From the NCBI GenBank assembly GCA_039798785.1, contig JBDKFG010000001.1:193007-257006 (forward strand): a DNA stretch of 64,000 nucleotides. Reading direction: 5' to 3'. The DNA comes from Verrucomicrobiota bacterium (GTDB lineage Bacteria > Verrucomicrobiota > Lentisphaeria > Lentisphaerales > Lentisphaeraceae). Below, piece after piece: positions 9,635 through 18,557 of this stretch (positions within the stretch are counted from its first letter, which is position 1; every line of letters starts with the position of its first letter). The translations under genes and the position numbers were made by a program. Below the pieces are notes generated by a model that was given only the letters and a program-made list of their open reading frames with translations, had not been told where the DNA came from and made no database searches.

Positions 9635-12600
9635 ATGCTCAGCTTCACCAACAGCTTTGTCCGCCGCCAGTTCCCTGCCTTCGCCCTCGCTTCCCTTGCC
9701 TTCTCTTCCCTCGCACTCCATGCGGAAGAGGTGACTGACGAAGACACCGACTTGCGCTTCGCCGAGCTGCTCAGCGGCCAGAAAGTCCTTGAGCCCGAGC
9801 AAAACAGCTATATCAAGATCCTGAAGCAGAAATACAGCGCCAAACCCGGCTTCATCGCCATGCTCGAAGCGGGCATCGCCTACGGCCAGGGCAACCCGGG
9901 CAAGGGACGCGAAAGATTCAACTCGATCCCCGTCGAAGATCCTTATTTCCAGAAAGCCATCGCCAAATGGCTCGACATCGCCGGTGAAAAGGTCGGCGAA
10001 GATGAAGTCCGCGATCTCGCCGGTGTCGCCATGGCGGCGGAGAAATACTGGAAAAGCCCCCTCGCGGCCAAGTTGAAAGACACAGATGCGGACTTTAATC
10101 TGATCTTTGAGGGCATGAAGATCTATCATGCCAAATTGAAGAAGGATAATCCGCAGGAAGCGAAAAAGCTGGCTGAAGCTTGGGATAAGCAGTTCCCGAA
10201 GTATACCCTTATCGGAGATCCAATCGTCGAAACCTATAATGACTTTGTTGCCTATATCAATAAGGTGGAGAGTGACTTCTTTACCAAAAAGGTGACTAAG
10301 ATCAATTCTAAAGAGCTGGAGGATCGCCTGAAGGAGGCGGCCAATATCCTGGCCAACGAATCGCCTTACAAGGACTGGATGGAGTCCGAGAAAGCCCGGG
10401 TCCTGGCCCTGACAGGCAAGGAGGACGAAGCCCTCAAACTGCTCGAGCGCCGTGAAGCCGCTTTCAAGGCTATGGAAGAAGCCATGTTGACTGACAAGGA
10501 AAATGCAAAGATTCCCAAGGATCAGATTTACTACAGCTCTCCCATGGGCCCCTTCTATTACGCCAAGGGCGCAGTTTTGCAGATCAAGGCTTGGCGCCTG
10601 ATCAACCAGGGCAAGATGCAAGAGGCGATTCCGCTGCTCTTCAACATGGGCGATGCCAAGGCCACCACCGCCATGGCCGCCACCAACTATTATCTCTGCG
10701 TCAAGAACTACAAGCTTGCCGCCAGTCGCGACAACGCTGCCTGGCGCTATCAGATCGAGCTCCAGCCGTTGACGAAAAAAGCCAATCGTGGCAAGGATCT
10801 GGCCTCGCTTCCCGGGATGGAGACCAAGGACCTCTTCGACGCCGCCTACAACCAGAAACTTTACGAAGAAGCTCTCGGCCTGGATGATCAGATCCAGAAA
10901 GAGTTCATCGCCAAAAAAACCGATGTCAATGCGATCGGGCTCTACTACTGGCTGCGAGCCACTTGCGCTTTCGAGTCAGGTAAATTCGAACTGGCGCTGG
11001 AGATTCGCAATCTCCTGAAGTCGAAATACCCGAGCGCCAAAAATCCCAAGGAGCCGGCATCCAAGACTTATGCCGAGCAGTGCGAATCGATGCTCAACGG
11101 CAAAGCCAAGACTTTGATCAAGGAACTGGAAGAGGCGATCGCGAAAAAGCCGGATGAGGCGAAAAAGAAAGATATTGCCCGCCTGCAACCCTTCGTCATC
11201 GTCGCCGACAACGCCCAGACCCGCCTTTTCGCGGCCATGACCAGCTACCTCGAATTCGAAGCCTTGCGCAGCAAGAAAGACCCCGGTGCCAAGGCCAAGG
11301 CCAAGGAGACGATGGATCTCTTCACCAACAAGTTGATCAAAGATCCGAAGTACGCCACCTCGCCCGAGGCCCTCATCGCCCTCTACTACACCGGCGAGCT
11401 TCATGCCTTCGGCGGCGACACCGCCAAGGCGGAGGAAACCTGGAAGCTCTACTTCATCAAGGAATCCGGCCTCGACATCAAGGGCCGCTTCCTCAAGCTT
11501 TGCGCTTTGTCCAAGGTCGCCAACCAGAAATTCCGCCTCAACCAGGAGGACAGCCTCCAGGCTTCGGTTGACGAATACTGGAAATTCCGCAAGGATGCCA
11601 ACAACAAGTGGGAAGAGTTGAGCGCCGATCAGGTCAAAAATTCGGTCTCGATGGATGGCAACATCGCCGCCTTCCCCTTGGAGCAATCCTTGAAGCTCCT
11701 GGAAGCGCCCCGCAAACTCCTGGTGGAGAAACGCAGAGAGCGCAACAAGATCTCCGAGGACCAGAAGGAGGCCCGCGAAGCGGCCGCCAAGGTCGTCCGC
11801 GATCTTGAGCGTGAATTCCAGCCCAAGGCCAAGGAAGTCAGCGAAGTGATCGAAAAGTGGTGCGTCACCTATCCTGACGCCGATCGCGTCCCCCACTTCC
11901 GCCTCAAGCAGGGCAAGCTGCTGCTTGATGCCGGCGACATCAACAACGCCCGCAGCAAGTTCGAACTCCTCAAGTCGAAATTCCCCACGCACGAAGTCAC
12001 CAAGGCCGCCGCCATGGCCGTCGTCGAGCTCCACCTCGAAGCCGGCGAACGCGGCGAAGGCGCCCGTGAAGCCCTTGCCATCGATGTCAAGACCTTGCCC
12101 GAACAGACCCTGCTCTTCCTCTGCCGTAAATTCCGCTTCATCACCAAGCCCGACGAGACTGTCAGCCCTGCCGACAAGAAGTCCTGCTGCGATCTGGTGA
12201 TCAAGGTCTGCGAGGAATTCCTCAGCCGCCCTCTCGCAGATGAAGCTGCGAAGATCCAGGCCAACGGCTGCAAATTCGAAATCGCCCGGGCCCAGTTCTA
12301 CATCGGCGAAGAGGCCAAGGCCTTGACTAGCTTCGATGCAATGCTCAAGGAGAACGAAGCTGAAACGGATACGAAGAAGAAGTCTCCCTACGTCTACGAC
12401 ATCCGTTTGATGAAGGCCGAAATCATGGTCAACACCGCCAAGACCATCGATGAATTCAACGCCGCCATCAACGAGCTCCGTAAACTCAAGGAAGAGGTCG
12501 GTCAGCTCCCCGCCGCGTTCCCCAATCGCAACATCCTGGCGATGACTTGCCAGCTCTTCATCGGCGAAGCCGGTTTCCGAGCCGCCCGCGCTCTCGGCGC

Positions 12601-12853
12601 CGCAGCCGTTCCCATCATCAAGCTCGGCAACGCCGAATGCTACAACCTCTATCAGCCCAAGAGCCCCGTTCCGCAAGGCATGGAAGCCGATGACTGGGAG
12701 CACTTCCAAAGCGAAGCCCTGTTCTACCAGATCATGTTCAACTCTTACCTCAACCGTGCCGAAACTGCGGAAACGCAGAAGAAGGAATTCATCAAGAGAT
12801 TCCCCACCTCGCCGCGGAGAAAGTTCCTCAATCCGCTGCCTCAAGCGCTTTGA
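9635..12853 (+). CDS. Large secreted alpha-helical TPR-like protein (~1070 aa)
   Basis: ATG 9635 after an AAGGAG RBS; signal peptide ending ALHA; repeated TPR/YfiO-like elements (LKSKYPS, LKSKFPTHE, FIKRFPTSP). Confidence 0.75.
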   Translation: MLSFTNSFVRRQFPAFALASLAFSSLALHAEEVTDEDTDLRFAELLSGQKVLEPEQNSYIKILKQKYSAKPGFIAMLEAGIAYGQGNPGKGRERFNSIPVEDPYFQKAIAKWLDIAGEKVGEDEVRDLAGVAMAAEKYWKSPLAAKLKDTDADFNLIFEGMKIYHAKLKKDNPQEAKKLAEAWDKQFPKYTLIGDPIVETYNDFVAYINKVESDFFTKKVTKINSKELEDRLKEAANILANESPYKDWMESEKARVLALTGKEDEALKLLERREAAFKAMEEAMLTDKENAKIPKDQIYYSSPMGPFYYAKGAVLQIKAWRLINQGKMQEAIPLLFNMGDAKATTAMAATNYYLCVKNYKLAASRDNAAWRYQIELQPLTKKANRGKDLASLPGMETKDLFDAAYNQKLYEEALGLDDQIQKEFIAKKTDVNAIGLYYWLRATCAFESGKFELALEIRNLLKSKYPSAKNPKEPASKTYAEQCESMLNGKAKTLIKELEEAIAKKPDEAKKKDIARLQPFVIVADNAQTRLFAAMTSYLEFEALRSKKDPGAKAKAKETMDLFTNKLIKDPKYATSPEALIALYYTGELHAFGGDTAKAEETWKLYFIKESGLDIKGRFLKLCALSKVANQKFRLNQEDSLQASVDEYWKFRKDANNKWEELSADQVKNSVSMDGNIAAFPLEQSLKLLEAPRKLLVEKRRERNKISEDQKEAREAAAKVVRDLEREFQPKAKEVSEVIEKWCVTYPDADRVPHFRLKQGKLLLDAGDINNARSKFELLKSKFPTHEVTKAAAMAVVELHLEAGERGEGAREALAIDVKTLPEQTLLFLCRKFRFITKPDETVSPADKKSCCDLVIKVCEEFLSRPLADEAAKIQANGCKFEIARAQFYIGEEAKALTSFDAMLKENEAETDTKKKSPYVYDIRLMKAEIMVNTAKTIDEFNAAINELRKLKEEVGQLPAAFPNRNILAMTCQLFIGEAGFRAARALGAAAVPIIKLGNAECYNLYQPKSPVPQGMEADDWEHFQSEALFYQIMFNSYLNRAETAETQKKEFIKRFPTSPRRKFLNPLPQAL

Positions 12854-12904
12854 TGTATTTGACAAAATCGAAAAATAGAACACCTTTGCATTGAGGAGAA
12901 TTCC

Positions 12905-13642
12905 ATGAGAAGCATTTTCGCAATTGTGCTGATGTTTGTGGCGATGTCCGCATCGGCCCAGATCACCGTGAAGACCACTTCCGGCGAAAGCGTCGATGGG
13001 AAAGAAGTGAAGTTGGAAGCCGGGCGTTTGAAACTCACTCTTGAAGGGGGAGCCGCCCGTTCCTGGGACCGTTCGGCACTCAAGCAGGTGATCATGGCCG
13101 AGCCTGCCGACATGGCGCAGATTCGCAAGCTCTTCTATTCGGGTAAGTTTGCCGACGTCGTGGCGATGAAGCCCAAAGCCGATGGCCTGAAGCTTTTCGG
13201 CTGGGGTAAATGGGCGGCCTACTTCATCGCTCGCGCCCACATCGCTCTTGGCAAGGCCGACGAAGGACGCAAGATTCTCCGCGAATTCGAGTCCTCGGTC
13301 GACGGCAGCAATGTCAGTGCTGATTCGATGATCATCAAGCTCGGCCTGGCCGAGACCGACATCGCCATGAAGAAAAACACCGAAGCCGAGAGTTTTTTGC
13401 TCGCCGCCACGAATAAATACGATGACTCGGTGCGTCCTTACGTCTCCGCTGCCAGAGGCCGCCTTTATTTCGCCCAGGAGAAGTTCGAGAACTCCAAACT
13501 GGAACACCTCAAAGTCGTTCTTTGCGATCCCAACGAGTGGGAGTCACGCCTCTCTCTCAAGGAGATCGACGTGATCCTGAAGAAGCTTCAGGATCCTCGT
13601 GCCGGCCAACCGCTGAAACTGAGCAGAATTCAAAACGATTGA
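12905..13642 (+). CDS. Secreted TPR-like protein
   Basis: GAGGAG RBS; signal peptide ending ASAQ; helical TPR-like segments (YFIARAHIALGK, ARGRLYFAQEK). Confidence 0.75.
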   Translation: MRSIFAIVLMFVAMSASAQITVKTTSGESVDGKEVKLEAGRLKLTLEGGAARSWDRSALKQVIMAEPADMAQIRKLFYSGKFADVVAMKPKADGLKLFGWGKWAAYFIARAHIALGKADEGRKILREFESSVDGSNVSADSMIIKLGLAETDIAMKKNTEAESFLLAATNKYDDSVRPYVSAARGRLYFAQEKFENSKLEHLKVVLCDPNEWESRLSLKEIDVILKKLQDPRAGQPLKLSRIQND

Positions 13643-13676
13643 TGCACCCCAAAACCCAACCCGGAGACAGAAAGAC

Positions 13677-14465
13677 ATGAAGAGCATTCGAAACATCCTG
13701 ATGGCAAGTCTATTCGCTTGCGCCCTTTTCTTTGGTAGCCTCACTGCGATGGCTCAAGGCGCCGCCCCCGCTGCCGGCGCTCCTGCCGGGGATGCTCAGC
13801 CCGAAATGCCGAAAGCCGACTTTTACCACATTGTCATCGTCGGTGAACCCATGCCCATCAACCAGATCATCTGGCTGATGCTCCTCGGTGTCTCGATCGC
13901 CACCTTCGCCCAGATCATCGATGCGGCGATCCAGGTCAAGCGTGAAAAACTCCTTCCGGCCCACCTGGTCGAAGGCGTCCGCACCTGCCTCACCGAAGGC
14001 GACCTCGAAGGCGCCATCGCCACTTGCGAGGAAAACCCCGGCCCCCTCTCCAACATCCTCCTCGCCGGCTTCTCGCAGATCACCGAAGGCTTCGCCGTCA
14101 TTCAAGAGACCATCGTCAAGGCTTCCGAACTGGAAACCGAGAAGATCATGCAGAAACTCAACTTCCTCAACATCTACGGTCAGATCGGTCCGATGCTCGG
14201 TCTTCTCGGTACCGTTACCGGCATGGTCTCGGCCTTTAACGGCCTCGCCACCATGACTGGCGCCGGCAAAGCCGCCATGCTCGCCATCTCCATCGCGGGC
14301 GCTCTCTGGACCACCATCGCCGGTCTTCTGATCTCCATCCCCGCCCTTCTCGGCTTCACCATCTTCCGTAACCAAGCGATCAAGATCATCATCGAAACCG
14401 AACAGACGGTTATCGACCTGATCAAGACCCTCCGTAACGCCGAAGTCGCCAAAGACGCCGAGTAA
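13677..14465 (+). CDS. MotA/TolQ/ExbB proton-channel family protein
   Basis: GPMLGLLGTVTGMVSAF, IAGALWTTIAGLLISIP. Confidence 0.93.
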   Translation: MKSIRNILMASLFACALFFGSLTAMAQGAAPAAGAPAGDAQPEMPKADFYHIVIVGEPMPINQIIWLMLLGVSIATFAQIIDAAIQVKREKLLPAHLVEGVRTCLTEGDLEGAIATCEENPGPLSNILLAGFSQITEGFAVIQETIVKASELETEKIMQKLNFLNIYGQIGPMLGLLGTVTGMVSAFNGLATMTGAGKAAMLAISIAGALWTTIAGLLISIPALLGFTIFRNQAIKIIIETEQTVIDLIKTLRNAEVAKDAE

Positions 14466-14519
14466 TCTCAACCCCATCCCAGCTCCGGCTGCGGCCGGAC
14501 CTGGGAACAGGAGCTCGCT

Positions 14520-14948
14520 ATGAAAAAAACAGACCAAAAATGCGAGACGCCGATTTCGAGCCTGATCGACATCGTCTTTCTTCTGATCATGTTCTTCGTT
14601 GCGACGGCCAACTTCGACTCAGAAGGTTTTGACAACAACGTCGAGCTCGCCAAGGCGAAAAATCTTCAGAAGATGACGACCAAGCCGATCAATCAGATTC
14701 CGATCTCGGTCGACTACAACAATCTGACCAAGGGTTACGACATCAAGGTCGGCGGCATCAACGCCACCGGCAAGCAGGTGGAAACTCTCTTGCGTGAATG
14801 CGTCAAACGGATGGGCAGCAGCACTGAGGCCTTCATCCGAGTCGACAAGCGCTGCAAACTCGGCGCCTTGGAAGAGGTGACTACCGCGTGCGGTGCCGCC
14901 GGCGTCGCCACTTTGAAAATTTCCGCCGAAGCGGAAGGGGGCAAGTAA
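14520..14948 (+). CDS. ExbD/TolR family protein
   Basis: PISSLIDIVFLLIMFF transmembrane segment with the conserved Asp. Confidence 0.9.
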   Translation: MKKTDQKCETPISSLIDIVFLLIMFFVATANFDSEGFDNNVELAKAKNLQKMTTKPINQIPISVDYNNLTKGYDIKVGGINATGKQVETLLRECVKRMGSSTEAFIRVDKRCKLGALEEVTTACGAAGVATLKISAEAEGGK

Positions 14949-14949
14949 A

Positions 14950-15405
14950 ATGGCCAAAAGAACCGAGTACACTTCAGAAGTTCCGATCTCTGCGATGATC
15001 GACGTCACCTTCCTTCTTCTCATCTACTTCATCGTGATGCAGAAAGAAGTCAAAGAAGAGTCCTATGTCGCAGTGAATCAGCCAGCCCTGAACCCCGGGC
15101 CTCCTCCCCCGGTGTTGCCCACCACTTGCGACATCCACGTCCGTCCCGATGCCTACCATTCCCGTGGCCAGGCTTATCCGACAGTGGATGGACTCCTGCC
15201 TGACCTTGAGCACTTCGCCGCCAACTCGGAAGTCGATCCTGACGATCCGATGAAGCGCCGAAAGAACGTCATCGTCAACCTCAAGCTCTCGGTCCATGCG
15301 ACCCAGCAGCAGCTGGTCGACCTGCTCGACACTTTGGCCAAGTATGACTTGACCAAAATCAACTTTTTCTATCTCAAGGGAGCGGTCGACGCCCCTGTTC
15401 CGTGA
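14950..15405 (+). CDS. ExbD/TolR family protein (second paralogue)
   Basis: PISAMIDVTFLLLIYF transmembrane segment with the conserved Asp. Confidence 0.9.
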   Translation: MAKRTEYTSEVPISAMIDVTFLLLIYFIVMQKEVKEESYVAVNQPALNPGPPPPVLPTTCDIHVRPDAYHSRGQAYPTVDGLLPDLEHFAANSEVDPDDPMKRRKNVIVNLKLSVHATQQQLVDLLDTLAKYDLTKINFFYLKGAVDAPVP

Positions 15406-15426
15406 TCGGAAGTCGATGTCGAAATG

Positions 15427-15455
15427 AAAACCTCCCGGCAACGGGAGGTTTTTTT
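15427..15455 (+). terminator. Rho-independent terminator (possibly bidirectional)
   Basis: aaaacctcccg gcaa cgggaggtttttttt after the second exbD. Confidence 0.9.
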
Positions 15456-15594
15456 AGTGGTGCGCCGAGGAGTGAGGGAGTAGCTTAGCTTGGGGTTGCT
15501 CCTTGGCCCCCTAAGCACTGCTGATTGTGAAGATCTCTGCAGACAAGTGACGGGGAACCATAGGAATCCTGGTTGAAAGGTTCATCCTAAAAAC

Positions 15595-15768
15595 CGATCT
15601 GTATCACTCCAAATCAAGCTCAGGTTGACCGCAGAAGACGCAGAAGAACGCAGAAAGCGTGATCGGCTGAGCGGGACCCGTTCATCTTTCTGCATTTTGT
15701 GCTCTTTGTGCCTTTTGTGGCCGTCTGGCTCATCTTCGCTTCTTCGTTCCTTCGAATGATACAGGTCG
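15595..15768. mobile_element. 174-bp MITE, full copy
   Basis: Ends CGATCTGTATCA...TGATACAGGTCG; perfect 8-bp flanking direct repeat CTAAAAAC at 15587-15594 and 15769-15776; 112 bp nearly identical to 59284-59395 (inverted). Confidence 0.85.
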
Positions 15769-15785
15769 CTAAAAACCGCAGTTGC

Positions 15786-15955
15786 AAGGTTGGAAGGTTC
15801 AAAGGTTGAAAGGGATCAGCTACAACAGAAAGAGGTTATGGTGTTCGAGTTTGCTCGGCAAATCCTGCGACTGGCAGTCATGCAGGTCGAACTTGAATCG
15901 TCATTTGTCGCTGTTGTTCATGCGTTAGCCTTTCAACCTTCCAACCTTTCAACCT
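15786..15955. repeat. Long imperfect palindrome with 8-mer (AAGGTTGA/TTCAACCT) tandem arms
   Basis: aaggttggaaggttcaaaggttgaaagg ... cctttcaaccttccaacctttcaacct; inner pairs acaacag/ctgttgt, gttcga/tcgaac, cctgc-gactg/cagtc-gcagg. Confidence 0.75.
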
Positions 15956-16048
15956 GGTTCCATCCGCTACTGCGGAATTTAGGTTCAAAGATTGCAAGGC
16001 AGATCTGGGACAGCAGACAGGGCCTGACACGACCGGCGTTGCCTGGGA

Positions 16049-18433
16049 TCAGCGATACGCCAGCCAGCCGATGAGGCGGCTGCCGCAGAACGACAGCAGG
16101 AACATCGATGCGGCGGAGATCGGCATCAGGACCGCCGCCTTCAAGGGCGTCAACTGGGCGCTGGCCGCGAGCCAGATGCCGACGCAGTTGTAGAGCAGTG
16201 ACAAGCCGAGGACGGCCCAGACCAGCCCGAGGGCCAGTCGGGCAAAACGCAAATGCCGATGTAGCCGCGGCAAGGACGAGCCGAGGAGCACGCCATCGCA
16301 AGCCGGACAGAAGGTGCTTTCGGCCCCGGCGACGGCAAGTCCGACGTCGGCTGCCCGCAGGGCGCCGGCGTCGTTGAGGCCGTCGCCGACGAAGAGGATC
16401 CGGTAATCCCGGGCGCGAAGATCCCCGACCGCCCGCAGCTTGTCCTGGGGCTGCTGGCGGAACCTCATCGTCGCGGCGGGCAGGATCTGACGCAGCTCGG
16501 CGGCGTCCTGCTCGCTGTCGCCGGAGAGAAGCTCGACGCGGCACTCCTGCAGTCCATGAGCCATCTGCGCCAGCCCGGGCCTCCAGGCGGGGTCGAAACG
16601 GAAGCGCCCGAGAAGTCGTCCGTCGAGGCGCAGGAAACTGCCTTCCCCGCGAGGCAGGCCGCAGAACTCCGCCGATCCGAGCTCGATCAAGCCGGCAGGA
16701 CTCTGCGCCCGCAAGCCCTGTCCGGGCGTCTCGGCAAAATCACTCAAGCGGGGCGATTCCAGTCCCGAAGGCAGGAAGGCGGCGATGGCCCGGGCCGCCG
16801 GATGCAGGGATTGCCGCACCGCCGCGGAGAGGACGGCAAGCAGCTCGGCGCCGAGCGCTTCGCCCTCCCAGCTACAGCGGCAAGCGGAGCTGTCGCTGAG
16901 AGTGCCGGTCTTGTCGAGCGCGACGCAGTCGATGCGGGCGAGACGCTCCAGAGAGGCGGCATCCTTGAGAAAGAGGCCGTCACGGGCGGCCCGCCGCGCC
17001 GCAAAGCCGAGGCTCAGGCTGGAGCCAAGCGCCAGGGCGCAAGGACAGGCGACCACCAGGACGCAGTTGAAGACCGTCATGGCCGTCGCGGCGCCGGCGG
17101 CAAGGGCCCACCAAAGAGCCGCGAGACCAGCCACCAGAAAGACGCCGAAGGTGAAGGCCCAGCCCGCTTTCCGCCCCAGTTCCAAAGTGGAAAAATCGCG
17201 GCTTTCTCGAAACACCGAATCCTTCCACAGGCCGGCGAGATAAGAAGCGTCGATGTCGCTCGCCGCCTCGACCTTGAGCATCCCTCCGACGGCCCTGGCG
17301 CCGGCGAAGACGCGCTCGCCGGGACGGACAGGCACCGGGCGGGATTCTCCGGTGACGAAGCTGTAATCGAGGGCGCCCTCGCCGTCGCGGACGCGACCGT
17401 CGACGGGAAGGAGCTCGCCTTGACGCAGGAGGACCAGATCGCCAGACTTCAGCCGGTCGCAAGGCAGGGTCTGGCTCTGCCCCTCCTTCTCCACCGTGCT
17501 CCACAAAGGAAAGAAGCTGCGGTAGTCGTTGTCGAAGGCGAGGCGGCGGGCGGCAAGGCGCTGGAACCAGCGGCCGGAGAGCATCAGGAAGACCAGTCCG
17601 CAGAGGCTGTCGGCGTAGCCTTCGCCGCGGCCGGAGAGGATCTCCCACCAGGTTTGGACGAAGAGGGCTGCGAGGGCGAAGAAGACCGGGAAGTCGAGGC
17701 TCATGCTGCGGTTTCTGAGAAACTGCCAGCAGGCTCGCCACCAGTCGTGGGCGGAGAAGAAGAAGACCGGCAGGGTGAGCATCAGGTTGAGTCCGCCGAA
17801 GAGCTTCGCCAGCCCGTCTTCGCTTTCCAGGCCGAAATAAGCGGGGAAGGAGAAAAGCATGGCGTTGGCGAAGCAGAATCCGGCGACGACGAGGCGGATC
17901 AGGGGCAGGCGCGAGTCACGGCGCCGCGCCGGCTCGGCATCGCCGTCACTGAGGCGGAAGTCGGGAGCGTAGCCGATGCGCTCCAGGCTTTCGGCGATCT
18001 GACGCAGCCCGGTGCGGCCAGGATCGAAGAGGATGTCGGCTTCGCCCTTGGCGTAGTTCACCCGCGAGCTGAGGATGCCAGGCTGGAGACGACCGAGATT
18101 CTCGACCAGCCAGACGCAGGAGATGCAGTGGATCTGCGGCAGCCGCAAGGTCGCCAAGGCGCGGTCGTCCTGGCGGAACCGGAGGAGTCGCTTCGCCAAC
18201 GCTTCGTCGTCGAGAAAGGCCCAACGTCCCTCCTGGCTCGGCCCCTGCCGAGAACCCGGCGACTCGGCCAGCTTGTAGTAGTCGCCGAGACCGTTTTCCT
18301 GCAGCAAGGTGTAGACGCTGACGCAGCCGCTGCAGCAGAAGGGCAGGGAGTCCTTCAGCAAGGGCTCCATGGAACAGGGGCCGCCGCAATGGCGGCAAGC
18401 CAAAATCTTCTCTTCCAGCACAAGTTCAGGCAT
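16049..18433 (-). CDS. Heavy-metal (Cu) P1B-type ATPase, CcoI/FixI-like
   Basis: N-terminal CRHCG..FCCSGC domain, HMA HCISC, TGES, CPC, DKTGT, GDGLND; start placed at MPELVLEE (18433). Confidence 0.9.
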   Translation of the reverse strand: MPELVLEEKILACRHCGGPCSMEPLLKDSLPFCCSGCVSVYTLLQENGLGDYYKLAESPGSRQGPSQEGRWAFLDDEALAKRLLRFRQDDRALATLRLPQIHCISCVWLVENLGRLQPGILSSRVNYAKGEADILFDPGRTGLRQIAESLERIGYAPDFRLSDGDAEPARRRDSRLPLIRLVVAGFCFANAMLFSFPAYFGLESEDGLAKLFGGLNLMLTLPVFFFSAHDWWRACWQFLRNRSMSLDFPVFFALAALFVQTWWEILSGRGEGYADSLCGLVFLMLSGRWFQRLAARRLAFDNDYRSFFPLWSTVEKEGQSQTLPCDRLKSGDLVLLRQGELLPVDGRVRDGEGALDYSFVTGESRPVPVRPGERVFAGARAVGGMLKVEAASDIDASYLAGLWKDSVFRESRDFSTLELGRKAGWAFTFGVFLVAGLAALWWALAAGAATAMTVFNCVLVVACPCALALGSSLSLGFAARRAARDGLFLKDAASLERLARIDCVALDKTGTLSDSSACRCSWEGEALGAELLAVLSAAVRQSLHPAARAIAAFLPSGLESPRLSDFAETPGQGLRAQSPAGLIELGSAEFCGLPRGEGSFLRLDGRLLGRFRFDPAWRPGLAQMAHGLQECRVELLSGDSEQDAAELRQILPAATMRFRQQPQDKLRAVGDLRARDYRILFVGDGLNDAGALRAADVGLAVAGAESTFCPACDGVLLGSSLPRLHRHLRFARLALGLVWAVLGLSLLYNCVGIWLAASAQLTPLKAAVLMPISAASMFLLSFCGSRLIGWLAYR

Positions 18434-18557
18434 CTGGTTCCCTCTCATTCTCGAGCAAGGCCCCAAGCAGAAAGCTGATGCACACTCCAAGTAAAATGCA
18501 CATCATTATGCAGTTCAATCTATTGCAATCCACTGAATCCGGATTCGGATAACTTTT

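Noticed and set aside
15620..16074. Short ORFs at 15620-15802 and 15790-16074
   Set aside because: They lie in MITE and palindrome sequence and lack coding-type codon bias or an RBS.
18480..18550. Possible FNR box upstream of the CcoI-like ATPase
   Set aside because: No TTGAT-N4-ATCAA match, only short generic palindromes.
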